This document shows positions 24,148 to 33,020 of a DNA stretch of 34,919 nucleotides, one piece after another. Positions within the stretch are counted from its first letter, which is position 1. Each line of letters opens with the position of its first letter. The notes beneath the pieces were generated by a model. It saw only the letters and a list, made by a program, of their open reading frames with translations, ran no database searches and was not told the DNA's origin. Source of the stretch: Limnochordia bacterium (GTDB taxonomy: Bacteria > Bacillota > Limnochordia > Darwinibacteriales > SLO01); NCBI GenBank assembly GCA_007132635.1, contig SLOG01000019.1, positions 1 through 34,919 of the forward strand, given 5' to 3'. Both the position numbers and the translations under genes were made by a program.

Positions 24148-24627
24148 TCATTTTGTGAACTTGTCCGCCACACTGGAAGCACCATAGGAATCCGGTTTGA
24201 TCCTTGCATCAAAGCCTGAACCGACAACCATGCCCACCACTTCTTTGATCATGTCCTTCGTTGCCCCATTGTTTCCGACGTCTAGGTGAATCTCGATATT
24301 GAAGTCATGTTTGCTTTCTACCAATAGATCGGTAATCTGCGAGGCCAGCATCAGACTCCGCGATGTCTCATAGAAAATGCGCTGTCGCAGACTGCGGGTC
24401 ATAGGTTCGATCTCTCGCAGATAGAAAAAGCGCCCTCCCTTGCCCTTTCTGTGCACGATGAGCGCGGTAACGAAGCAGATTTCTCCCCGGTTTTCTTTTA
24501 ACTGCGAGTCCGTGCCGACGATAAGCGAATAATCGTCATCAGGATTCCGGGAAGCAAACTGCAGAATATCGGCAAAGACATCCTCCAACGACAAGGGGCC
24601 GCGCGTTGGACTGACGAATTTCATCAT
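24148..24627 (-). CDS. YkuK/DUF458 family (RNase H-like fold) protein
   Basis: 'IVGTDSQ...ICFVTALIVHRKGKGGRFFY' and 'IEIHLDVGNNGATKDMI' fit the family pattern as I remember it. GAAGGTGAG SD. Confidence 0.7.
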   Translation of the reverse strand: MMKFVSPTRGPLSLEDVFADILQFASRNPDDDYSLIVGTDSQLKENRGEICFVTALIVHRKGKGGRFFYLREIEPMTRSLRQRIFYETSRSLMLASQITDLLVESKHDFNIEIHLDVGNNGATKDMIKEVVGMVVGSGFDARIKPDSYGASSVADKFTK

Positions 24628-24687
24628 CTCACCTTCTCTTTCGGTTCACCAAACGCCGCGAGATGCCCCTGCCTTCAGGTATGGGGT

Positions 24688-25563
24688 CTAGGACGGCTTC
24701 TGGATCAGTAGCTTTTCAGTCAGGTCGCTAAAGTCCTGTAGCGAAAGCGTCTCCCCTCGTGCTCTGGAATCAAAGGGACTCTCGGCCAACACACTGTCCA
24801 GCGCGGTATCTGAGATTCCCCAAGAACGGGCCAAAGGTTTGAGGCAGTTACGCAAGGTTTTGCGCCGCTGACCAAAGGCAGCGCGAATCACGAAAAACAT
24901 GGGTTCTCGCGGAGCAGAAACCGGCGGCTCTACTGTATCCAAACGGATGACCGTCGAGTCGACATCGGGGGATGGTACAAACGCTCGGCGCGAAACCTGC
25001 ATGACCGTAGTAATGTCTGCATGGTACCTAACGGCCAGGGATAGAATTCCGTAATCTTTGGACCCCGGCTCAGCGGCAATTCGCTGCGCAACTTCTTTCT
25101 GTACCATGACCACTAGCTGCCGAAACCGAACATCGCCTTCGAGGGCTCGCATAATAAGGGGTGTCGTTAGGTAATAAGGGAGATTGCCTGCAAACGTGAC
25201 AGTTTCGCCGCGCCAACCCGCTGCAAGCAGCAGGGCACGCCAATCCAATTCCAAAGCATCACCCGATACCACAGTGATATTGTCTTGGCGCAGTATATCC
25301 TGTAAAATCTCCACCAAGTCATAGTCTACCTCGATTGTGACAACATGACAACTCTTTTTTGCCAATTCTACAGTCAACGTGCCCAGTCCTGTCCCGATTT
25401 CCAGAACATACTCGATATTTTTTAAATCGGCACTCTCTGCAATCCTATTCAGGATATTTCGGTCGCCCAGGAAGTTCTGGCCAAACCGTTTCTTAAACCG
25501 AAATTGATAGTCTCTAATCACCTGCTGCACACTGCTCGGGAGAGCAGCCATGTTTCTGCTCAC
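24688..25563 (-). CDS. rsmA: 16S rRNA (adenine1518/1519-N6)-dimethyltransferase RsmA/KsgA
   Basis: Contains 'KKRFGQNFL', 'VLEIGTGLGTLT' (SAM motif) and 'GNLPYY'. GTG start 5 nt after a G7 run; the ATG at 25551 is an alternative. Confidence 0.9.
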   Translation of the reverse strand: MSRNMAALPSSVQQVIRDYQFRFKKRFGQNFLGDRNILNRIAESADLKNIEYVLEIGTGLGTLTVELAKKSCHVVTIEVDYDLVEILQDILRQDNITVVSGDALELDWRALLLAAGWRGETVTFAGNLPYYLTTPLIMRALEGDVRFRQLVVMVQKEVAQRIAAEPGSKDYGILSLAVRYHADITTVMQVSRRAFVPSPDVDSTVIRLDTVEPPVSAPREPMFFVIRAAFGQRRKTLRNCLKPLARSWGISDTALDSVLAESPFDSRARGETLSLQDFSDLTEKLLIQKPS

Positions 25564-25587
25564 TTGATCCCCCCCACGAACTGCTCA

Positions 25588-25800
25588 TCACAACGCATCC
25601 CAGGGAAAGCGATCGATTGCCCCGTGGGTAAGCCGCCGCAGTTTCTGATACAGCTCCTCCTCGGTATAGTCATCGATAGCCTCCAAGATTTCGAGTATTT
25701 GTTCAAAATCATCTTCTTGCAGCTGGCCGCTCGTCAGCAGCCTCTCACAAGTCTCGATAAAACGAAGCTTGACTCGTTCCGAATCTTCAAACGAAGCCAT
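25588..25800 (-). CDS. Small acidic hypothetical protein (70 aa), translationally coupled to the helicase gene
   Basis: Its ATG overlaps the helicase stop (TGATG). A GGAGAGG SD lies within the last helicase codons. The sequence is helical and acidic, and I recognise no family. Confidence 0.55.
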   Translation of the reverse strand: MASFEDSERVKLRFIETCERLLTSGQLQEDDFEQILEILEAIDDYTEEELYQKLRRLTHGAIDRFPWDAL

Positions 25801-27179
25801 CAGCGAACCTCTCCATTGTTGAATTCATCAATAAAGCGCGTGTATTCCTTCACAAAACGCAGTCTCACGGTACCCGTTGGCCCTTTCCGCTGTTTCGCGA
25901 AGATGATCTCGACCTGTCCTTCGGTACCATTCTGCACAGCTTCCTCAGGATGGTAATAGTCATCACGATATAAGAATACCACAGCGTCGGCAAATTCCTC
26001 AATGTTTCCTGAGTCCCGTAGGTCCGACATCATCGGACGTTTGTTTTCCCGGCTTTCCACACCGCGGTTTAGCTGTGACAAAAGCACAATAGGAACATCC
26101 AACTCGCCCGCCAAATCCCGCAGCTCACGCACCATCTCGCCCACCAAAAGCGACCAACTCCTCTGGCCCTGAACTGTTGGTTTGATAAGCTGCAGATAGT
26201 CGATGACTATCAAGCCCAAGTTCGGGCTAGCAGTCTTTACCTTGCGAGCCTTGGCGCGCATCTCAGCAACAGAAAGACCGCGTTTGTCGATGATCTGGAT
26301 GGGGAGTCGGTACAGTTCGTTAAACACTCGCTGCGCTTTGGAAAACTGCTCATCACTGAGCCGCGTCTGATACTCACTGGAGGTGATCTCAAAGGCTCCT
26401 TCTTCTTTGTAACGGAAGAGTTCGCTAAGCACGATTCTGTCACCAATCTGTTCGTCATCCATTTCTAGACTCATCACCAACACGGGAATGTGCCGCTTCG
26501 CCACATTGACCACCATGTTCATCGCCAATGCCGTCTTCCCCATACTGGGACGGGCAGCAAGAATGATCAGATCCTTCCGCTTCAGTCCTGTGGTCATTGC
26601 ATCAATAGACGGAAAACGGACAGACAGACCATACGCGTCAGATATTCCCTGCCTCCGTTCCACCAAGTTGATGTAGCACTTATTCAACACATCCAGCAGC
26701 GACTTGGTTTCATCTTCGCCTTGGAGAGTGTTTTGGGTCGCAGCGAAAATAAGCTCTTGAGCCTTGGCCTGAATGGAGCTTAGGTCCTGATCGCCTTCAT
26801 CGACGGCCAAGCTGCGGATCTCCTCAACTGCCCGCAGCAGGCGCCGGGACGCTTCTTTGTTCCGCAATGCAGCGATGGAGGGTTCTAATTCGCTGACAGC
26901 TGCAAAGGATTCCGTCAGACCGATCAGCATCTGAGCAGGAGACTCTATGGTGCTGCTGCGCCGCAGCCGATTATAGATCTGCGTATACGAGATGCGTCCC
27001 CCGGCATTGTATAGATCAACAATCGTCGAATACACATGGCGGTGCACAGAGTCATAAAAGTGCTCCGGTCTCAGCCTATCGATCACTTGATCAACTTTTT
27101 CCGGATATTTGATCAGAATCCCCAAGATCCTCTGCTCAGCACCGGAATCTCTAGGAACTAGGTTGGTGATGGAATTCAT
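25800..27179 (-). CDS. dnaB: Replicative DNA helicase, DnaB family (DnaC in B. subtilis nomenclature)
   Basis: 459 aa. Contains 'AEQRILGILI', Walker A 'ARPSMGKTALAMN', 'VIDYLQLI' and 'LSQLNRGVESR'. No intein. Confidence 0.9.
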   Translation of the reverse strand: MNSITNLVPRDSGAEQRILGILIKYPEKVDQVIDRLRPEHFYDSVHRHVYSTIVDLYNAGGRISYTQIYNRLRRSSTIESPAQMLIGLTESFAAVSELEPSIAALRNKEASRRLLRAVEEIRSLAVDEGDQDLSSIQAKAQELIFAATQNTLQGEDETKSLLDVLNKCYINLVERRQGISDAYGLSVRFPSIDAMTTGLKRKDLIILAARPSMGKTALAMNMVVNVAKRHIPVLVMSLEMDDEQIGDRIVLSELFRYKEEGAFEITSSEYQTRLSDEQFSKAQRVFNELYRLPIQIIDKRGLSVAEMRAKARKVKTASPNLGLIVIDYLQLIKPTVQGQRSWSLLVGEMVRELRDLAGELDVPIVLLSQLNRGVESRENKRPMMSDLRDSGNIEEFADAVVFLYRDDYYHPEEAVQNGTEGQVEIIFAKQRKGPTGTVRLRFVKEYTRFIDEFNNGEVR

Positions 27180-27843
27180 CGGGGAAAAACTCCTTCCACT
27201 TTCGCTCGGCTTCTGGATGCACCCCTTCCCGCCGCGTTTGCGGCAGCACCTTAGACAGATAGGGTTTGCTTGTCAGATCCGCATAACTCGTAACGCCTTC
27301 TTGAAGCCAGTTTCGCAGAATTCCTTCTAGGTATCCAATGTTCGGCCGATCAACCGAACTGCACATCTCCTCGATGGCAGCAGCCACAACCTCGTGAGAC
27401 ATGCCGCGCTCGTCAGTCCAAATATAGAGCCTCTGCATATCCTCCGCCGACGGAGCTGCCACTTTGTGAGTCCAGAAATTAACTAGCCACTCAAACCCGG
27501 CCTGTTCTTCATCCAGCATCAACGAATCGCCCGTGGGGATGGGCTCAGCTGCTTCTGCGGCAGATACGGCCAGCCGGATAGTATATCCCGAGTCGTTAAC
27601 CCAGCCGTGTTCTGCCAATTTGACAAAAGCCTGTTCCACCCGCTGCATGGAAATGCCCATCTGTTCTGCAGCCGTCCGGAGTGTCAACCGCTTTCTCTGC
27701 TGCGCGAAAAAGAGAAGGTTTATCCAAAGAAGCACCGCATCCACTCCCAAGCGGTGCTGCTGCGCGAAAAGCTCCACCGGCACCTGCACAGGGAGATCGT
27801 CCACACCCTGCATCTCGAGACCCCGCTCGGATTCCGACGCCAT
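27151..27843 (-). CDS. DnaD-domain replication initiation / helicase-loading accessory protein
   Basis: Winged-helix-like N-terminus. The C-terminal DnaD/DnaB_2 pattern is 'FWTHKVAAPSAEDMQRLYIWTDERGMSHEVVAAAIEEM...NIGYLEGILRNWLQEGV'. The 3' end overlaps the helicase start by 29 nt. Confidence 0.75.
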   Translation of the reverse strand: MASESERGLEMQGVDDLPVQVPVELFAQQHRLGVDAVLLWINLLFFAQQRKRLTLRTAAEQMGISMQRVEQAFVKLAEHGWVNDSGYTIRLAVSAAEAAEPIPTGDSLMLDEEQAGFEWLVNFWTHKVAAPSAEDMQRLYIWTDERGMSHEVVAAAIEEMCSSVDRPNIGYLEGILRNWLQEGVTSYADLTSKPYLSKVLPQTRREGVHPEAERKWKEFFPDEFHHQPSS

Positions 27844-27855
27844 GCCCCATCACCT

Positions 27856-29715
27856 CTATTCCACTAGTTCTTCCCACTGCTCATAGTACTCCGACAACTG
27901 TCTCTGCACTCGCTCATAGTCCCGCACCAACTCGCGGCTTTTTTCCGGGTCCTGATACACCTCCGTGTCCCCAAGCAGGACCTCCATCCTGTCTTTTTCT
28001 TGTTCGAGTGCCAAAATGTCTTCCTCTAAAGAATCCCGCATCTGTTCTTGCTTGGCTTGCGCGTTCGATGAAGCCCGCCGCACAACCGGCGTCTGGCGAT
28101 TTCTGCGTTTCTCCTTTTCATCTTGTTTCCTTTCCTGCTGAAGACTCCGGTACTCGCTGTACTTGCCGGAAAACACCTCCAGACAACCGTCATCCAGAAC
28201 CCACAGTTTACTCGCCAGAGCATCGATGAAGTAGCGGTCATGACTCACGAAAATCAAAGTGCCGCCAAACTCGCGCAGCGCGTCCTCCAAAGCTTCCCGC
28301 GCATAAATGTCCAGATGGTTCGTCGGTTCATCCAACAAAAGGAAGTTTGGCCGCTGAAGAAGGAGTTGGGCCAAAGCCAGACGGTTACTCTCCCCGCCGC
28401 TCAAAATGTTTGTCGGTTTGAAGACATCCTCCCCGCGAAACTGAAAACGAGCCAAGACAGACCGCAGCTGCCCTAACTCCATGCGGTGCGTCTCATAGAG
28501 CTCTTCCAGAACCGAGTGACTCTCCGTAAACCGTATTTCCTGAGAAAAATAACCCCGATGAACACCGACACCAAGCCGAATCCGCCCTTCATACGACAGC
28601 TGGTCGGCAAGAATTCTGAGCAGGGTCGTTTTCCCGCTGCCGTTAGGCCCCACTAAGGCAATGCGGTCGCCCCGCACAACCTCTGCGCTCACCTTCTTAA
28701 GAACCGGCTCATCAAAGGACTTCGACACCTCTGTGAGCTCAGCAACTCGATAGCCCGATTGGCGCCGCGGCCGAAACGAGAAGCCAATGGCCGGAGTATC
28801 TGACGGCGCATCAACGCGTTCAATTTTCTCAAGCCGTTTGGCCAAGCTTTTGGCCTGCCGGGCTCTCGTTCCGGCACCAAACTTTCGGATAAACCCCTCG
28901 ATCTTAGCTATTTCCTCCTGTTGCCGCTGCGCGTCCTCTTCCATCTGTGCATCGCGCTCACGTCGCTGTACAGCGTAGGACGAATAGTTTCCTCGGTACT
29001 GAAAGAACCGTCGATCCCGCAGTTCCCAAATCCGAAAAACTGCTTTATCCAGGAAAAACCGGTCGTGAGAGACCACGACGAAAGCCCGAGGATAACTCTG
29101 GAGATAGCTCTCCAACCATTCGATGGCATCCACATCCAGATGATTGGTGGGTTCGTCGAGAAGCAGTAAATCTGGTTCCTCCAATAACACCCTAGCCAAC
29201 TGCGCCCGAATCTTCTGGCCTCCGCTTAAAATGCGGACAGGCTTGTTCAATTCATCCTCGGCAAATCCCAATCCAAAACACGTATTCCGCAGTCGTGCTC
29301 GATAGTCATAGCCGCCCATCGTCTCAAACCGCTGCTGCAGAGCTGCATAGTTCTGCATAGCCTGGTCGAGGCGCTCTGCGTCAGCAATAACATCCTTGTC
29401 GCTGAGCTCGCGCTCGGCTCGTTGCAGCTGCTCTGCTGTTTTCAGCAGAGGTGTGAACGCTCGTTCAAGGTACTCCGCTAAGGTGCTCGTCTCGTCGAGC
29501 ACAACCTGTTCAAGGAACCCTATTTTTTGCGCCTTTGGCTGCTCTAGGACACCCTCGTCGTAGGACTCGCGCCCTGCCAGGATACGAAGCAGCGTAGTCT
29601 TGCCAATGCCGTTAGCGCCAACTAATCCAATGTGGTCTTTCTCGGCGATAGCTGCGGAGAGACCTTGAAACACCAGTTCATCCGCATAGTACTTCCCAAG
29701 CTCGCGAATCACCAA
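27856..29715 (-). CDS. ABC-F family ATPase (two ABC domains, no TM domain; ribosome-associated type)
   Basis: Two Walker A motifs ('GANGIGKTT', 'GPNGSGKTT'), two signature motifs ('LSGGQK', 'LSGGES'), an inter-domain linker and a C-terminal coiled coil. TTG or GTG start. Confidence 0.9.
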   Translation of the reverse strand: MVIRELGKYYADELVFQGLSAAIAEKDHIGLVGANGIGKTTLLRILAGRESYDEGVLEQPKAQKIGFLEQVVLDETSTLAEYLERAFTPLLKTAEQLQRAERELSDKDVIADAERLDQAMQNYAALQQRFETMGGYDYRARLRNTCFGLGFAEDELNKPVRILSGGQKIRAQLARVLLEEPDLLLLDEPTNHLDVDAIEWLESYLQSYPRAFVVVSHDRFFLDKAVFRIWELRDRRFFQYRGNYSSYAVQRRERDAQMEEDAQRQQEEIAKIEGFIRKFGAGTRARQAKSLAKRLEKIERVDAPSDTPAIGFSFRPRRQSGYRVAELTEVSKSFDEPVLKKVSAEVVRGDRIALVGPNGSGKTTLLRILADQLSYEGRIRLGVGVHRGYFSQEIRFTESHSVLEELYETHRMELGQLRSVLARFQFRGEDVFKPTNILSGGESNRLALAQLLLQRPNFLLLDEPTNHLDIYAREALEDALREFGGTLIFVSHDRYFIDALASKLWVLDDGCLEVFSGKYSEYRSLQQERKQDEKEKRRNRQTPVVRRASSNAQAKQEQMRDSLEEDILALEQEKDRMEVLLGDTEVYQDPEKSRELVRDYERVQRQLSEYYEQWEELVE

Positions 29716-29746
29716 AGGCTCCGCCTCCCATCACCCAAGTCTCTAA

Positions 29747-30823
29747 TCAAAGTTCTGTTCGGGACCGGCCTCGATCAGCATGCCGTTCTAAGGCTAGCTG
29801 CACTAGCGTGTCAACAAGATCCGCAAACGGCAAGCCTGATGCTTCCCAGAGCTTCGGATACATACTAATGGCCGTAAACCCAGGAATGGTGTTAATCTCG
29901 TTGATCAGCAACCGCTCATCGCTGTCCAAGAAAAAGTCGACCCGCGCCATGCCGGCACAGTCTACAGCCCGGAAAGCCCGCAGCGCATAGTCTTGCACGG
30001 CAATGCGCTGCTCTTCGTCAAGCGGAGCAGGTATCAGAAGCTGCGAGCGGCCAGTCTCGTACTTGGCCGCGTAGTCGTAGAATTCGCCGTCAGGGATGAT
30101 CTCGCCTGGAACTGATGCCCGCAGCTCATGGTTTCCCAATACGCTGCACTCGATTTCCCGAGGTCTGTCCACTGCTTCCTCAATGACTAACTTACGGTCG
30201 TAGTCAGCAGCGCTTGTCAGCGCGGCCGCCAATTCGTCACGATTGCGGGCTTTGGACACACCAACACTGGAACCCAAATTAGCTGGTTTGACGAAGCACG
30301 GATACGCCAGCGCTCCCTCGATCTCTTGAATCACACTCTCTGGATAAATCTCCCAGCGCCACCGCTCCACAGCCATCCATGCAGCCATCGGCAGTCCGGC
30401 ATGAGCAAACAAGACTCGCATAAACGCCTTGTCCATAGATACGGCCGAGCTTCCCACTCCCGCGCCAACATAGGGGATTCCTGCCAACTCCAAGAGTCCC
30501 TGCACCGTGCCATCTTCACCAAAGGTCCCGTGCAGGACAGGGAACGCCACATCGATACCTTGACGCGTTGTCGGGTCGGGGATGAGTTCCACCGAGCCCC
30601 CAACGGGAGCTCCATTGGACAGATATTCGGGGAGGCGTCCCGCCCGGGCCAATGCCAAGGCATCGCTTACCAAGACCCACTGCCCTAGACGAGTGATGCC
30701 AACCGGTATCACCTCGTAACGCTCCGGATCGAGTGCTGCCATGACCGACTCAGCGGACATGAGTGATACCTCATGCTCACCGGAGCGCCCGCCAAAAATC
30801 ACTGCAATACGAGTTTTTGCCAT
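29747..30823 (-). CDS. ddl: D-alanine--D-alanine ligase
   Basis: 'RIAVIFGGRSGEHEVSLMSA' and ATP-grasp motifs ('PCFVKPANLGSSVG', 'EINTIPGFT'). Start trimmed to the ATG at 30823. Confidence 0.92.
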   Translation of the reverse strand: MAKTRIAVIFGGRSGEHEVSLMSAESVMAALDPERYEVIPVGITRLGQWVLVSDALALARAGRLPEYLSNGAPVGGSVELIPDPTTRQGIDVAFPVLHGTFGEDGTVQGLLELAGIPYVGAGVGSSAVSMDKAFMRVLFAHAGLPMAAWMAVERWRWEIYPESVIQEIEGALAYPCFVKPANLGSSVGVSKARNRDELAAALTSAADYDRKLVIEEAVDRPREIECSVLGNHELRASVPGEIIPDGEFYDYAAKYETGRSQLLIPAPLDEEQRIAVQDYALRAFRAVDCAGMARVDFFLDSDERLLINEINTIPGFTAISMYPKLWEASGLPFADLVDTLVQLALERHADRGRSRTEL

Positions 30824-30944
30824 ACCAAACAATCTCCTCAAATCAAAAATTATCCCGGATTTCCAATACGCCGGGGTCCAGACAGCATTCACAAGAGGAA
30901 CGCCGCTGCGTCATGTAGAAAAAGCTAGGGGAAGGAGGATGCTT

Positions 30945-31967
30945 ATGTCCATTCTTGTTACCGGCGGTGCCGGTTATATTGGCAGTCATACCGTGCGAGC
31001 CTTGGAGAGCCGAGGGCAGGAGGTTGTCGTTTTGGACAGCCTTGAGAAGGGCCACCGACAAGCTGTCCCCAATTCACCCCTGGTGGAAGGAGACCTCGGT
31101 GATGCCTCGCTCTTGGACACTGTATTCCGTGATTTCTCCGTGAATGCAGTCGTCCATTTCGCCGCCCACAGCCTCGTGGGGGAATCCGTCAAACGACCCG
31201 ACATATATTTCAAGAACAACGTGGGGTGCCTCTTCACTCTGCTCGACACCATGCGAAACCACAGCGTAGATCGGCTAGTCTTCTCGTCCACGGCAGCGGT
31301 CTATGGCGAACCGAAAGAAATTCCCATACCCGAATGTCACCCCAAGACTCCAGAGAACCCATATGGAGAGTCTAAGCTTTTTGCGGAAACAATTCTGAGG
31401 CGCCACAGCGAGGCCTTCGGCCTGCGGTACATCGCTCTACGTTACTTCAACGCAGCAGGAGCTGATCCTGCCGGCGGCATTGGAGAAGATCACACGCCGG
31501 AGTCTCACCTTATCCCTTTAGTGCTGCAGACACTGTTAGGCCAGCGTCCTCATATTGAGATTTTCGGTACAGACTATCCGACACCGGATGGCACATGCAT
31601 TCGGGATTACGTCCATGTCAACGATCTCAGTGATGCCCACATTCTTAGTCTTGACGCCTTATCTGCAGGGGCGCCATCTACAGCCTACAACCTGGGCAAC
31701 GGTCGTGGGTTTTCCGTACGGGAAGTCATTCACGCCGCCGAAAAGGTCACGCAGCAGACTGTACCGGTTTTGTCGGGCCAGCGGCGACCGGGCGATCCTG
31801 CTATACTTGTAGCAAGTTCGGAAAAGATCCAGGAGGAACTGCGGTGGAAGCCCAAATTCCCTGATCTTGCCGCCATCATCGAGACCGCTTGGGACTGGCA
31901 TCGTTCGCACCCTAACGGCTTCCGATCGCAGGAAGCCAAACACGGAAAAGGAGGCCCAAGATCATGA
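30945..31967 (+). CDS. galE: UDP-glucose 4-epimerase
   Basis: Contains 'ILVTGGAGYIGSH', 'YGESK' (YxxxK) and 'DYPTPDGTCIRDYVHV'. The ATG at 30945 lies 6 nt after GGAAGGAGG. The upstream extension of the ORF (from 30741) is not credible. Confidence 0.92.
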   Translation: MSILVTGGAGYIGSHTVRALESRGQEVVVLDSLEKGHRQAVPNSPLVEGDLGDASLLDTVFRDFSVNAVVHFAAHSLVGESVKRPDIYFKNNVGCLFTLLDTMRNHSVDRLVFSSTAAVYGEPKEIPIPECHPKTPENPYGESKLFAETILRRHSEAFGLRYIALRYFNAAGADPAGGIGEDHTPESHLIPLVLQTLLGQRPHIEIFGTDYPTPDGTCIRDYVHVNDLSDAHILSLDALSAGAPSTAYNLGNGRGFSVREVIHAAEKVTQQTVPVLSGQRRPGDPAILVASSEKIQEELRWKPKFPDLAAIIETAWDWHRSHPNGFRSQEAKHGKGGPRS

Positions 31968-32032
31968 AGAAAACTGTCAAAAAAAAGGATGATGGGCGAT
32001 ACATCATCTTCTACACGTCTGAGAAAAACTAA
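31964..32032 (+). CDS. 22-codon upstream ORF (MKKTVKKKDDGRYIIFYTSEKN); possibly a detached N-terminal segment of GalT
   Basis: The ATG overlaps the galE stop (ATGA), and AAGGAGG lies 9 nt upstream. The ORF ends at a TAA just after an A5 run. Removing one A would fuse it in frame to galT. Confidence 0.35.
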   Translation: MKKTVKKKDDGRYIIFYTSEKN

Positions 32033-32054
32033 CGCCCCTGAAGGAGGAACCCCT

Positions 32055-33020
32055 ATGTCTGAGCGCCGCTGGAATCCTCAGCTGCAGCAGTGGGTGATCG
32101 TCGCAACCCATCGCCAAGACCGCACCTTTAAACCACCTACCGAGTTCTGTCCGTTGTGCCCGACCAAACCCGATGCCTTCCCCACGGAGATCCCTGCGGA
32201 CGACTACGAGATTGTGGTGTTCGAGAACAAATTCCCCTCGCTCCGCACGCCGGCACCAGCCATAGAAGTGCCTGGTACGGAGCTTTACCCTGTTGCACCG
32301 GCGGAAGGGGTTTGTGAAGTCGTCTGCTACTCCCCGCACCATAACCGCACCCTGGCTGACGAGCCAGTGGAACACGTGCGCAACCTCATTCAGGTTTGGA
32401 CCGACCGCTGGCAGGAGTTAGGTCAGCGTGACGACATAGACTACGTGTTCATTTTTGAGAACCGCGGTGAAGCTGTAGGCGTCACGCTGCATCATCCTCA
32501 CGGCCAAATCTACGGGTTCTCGTACATTCCTCCGGTTTTGGAAAAAGAACTGGCGGCAGCGAAAGATCACCAAACCAAGCACGAGAGGTGCCTTTACTGC
32601 GATATACTAGCCGAGGAAACAACGGGGGGCCGAGTTATTGCTCAAAACTCCGGCTTTACCGCCTTTGTTCCTTTCTTCGCTCGCTTTCCTTACGAGGTGC
32701 ATTTGTACGCGAACCGCCATGTAGGATCGTTAGCAGACCTTCATGAAAGTGAGCAGCTGCAGCTGGCTCAGGTGTTGAAACAAGTAATCACAGCCTACGA
32801 TGAACTCTTCGGATTTGTGCTCCCGTATATTATGGTACTGCACCAACGCCCTACTAACGGCGACTATCCAGAATACCATTTTCACTTCGAATTCTACCCT
32901 TTCCACCGAGCTGAAAACAAACTCAAGTATCTGGCCGGAGTAGAGTCGGGAGCCGGAACCTTCATCACCGATATGAGCCCTGAAGAACAAGCTCGACGCC
33001 TGCGAGGTGAACAACGATGA
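32055..33020 (+). CDS. galT: Galactose-1-phosphate uridylyltransferase (HIT-superfamily type)
   Basis: Contains 'RWNPQLQQWVIVATHRQDR', 'CPLCP' and the 'HHPHGQIY' active-site His-Pro-His. The ATG at 32055 lies 6 nt after GAAGGAGGAA. Confidence 0.9.
   Translation: MSERRWNPQLQQWVIVATHRQDRTFKPPTEFCPLCPTKPDAFPTEIPADDYEIVVFENKFPSLRTPAPAIEVPGTELYPVAPAEGVCEVVCYSPHHNRTLADEPVEHVRNLIQVWTDRWQELGQRDDIDYVFIFENRGEAVGVTLHHPHGQIYGFSYIPPVLEKELAAAKDHQTKHERCLYCDILAEETTGGRVIAQNSGFTAFVPFFARFPYEVHLYANRHVGSLADLHESEQLQLAQVLKQVITAYDELFGFVLPYIMVLHQRPTNGDYPEYHFHFEFYPFHRAENKLKYLAGVESGAGTFITDMSPEEQARRLRGEQR

Noticed and set aside
25588-27843. The DnaD-helicase module as part of a prophage
   Set aside because: No integrase, repressor, terminase, capsid or att-like direct repeats occur anywhere in the window. 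Both flanks are core housekeeping genes in one continuous co-oriented array. A mobile origin cannot be excluded, but there is no prophage here.
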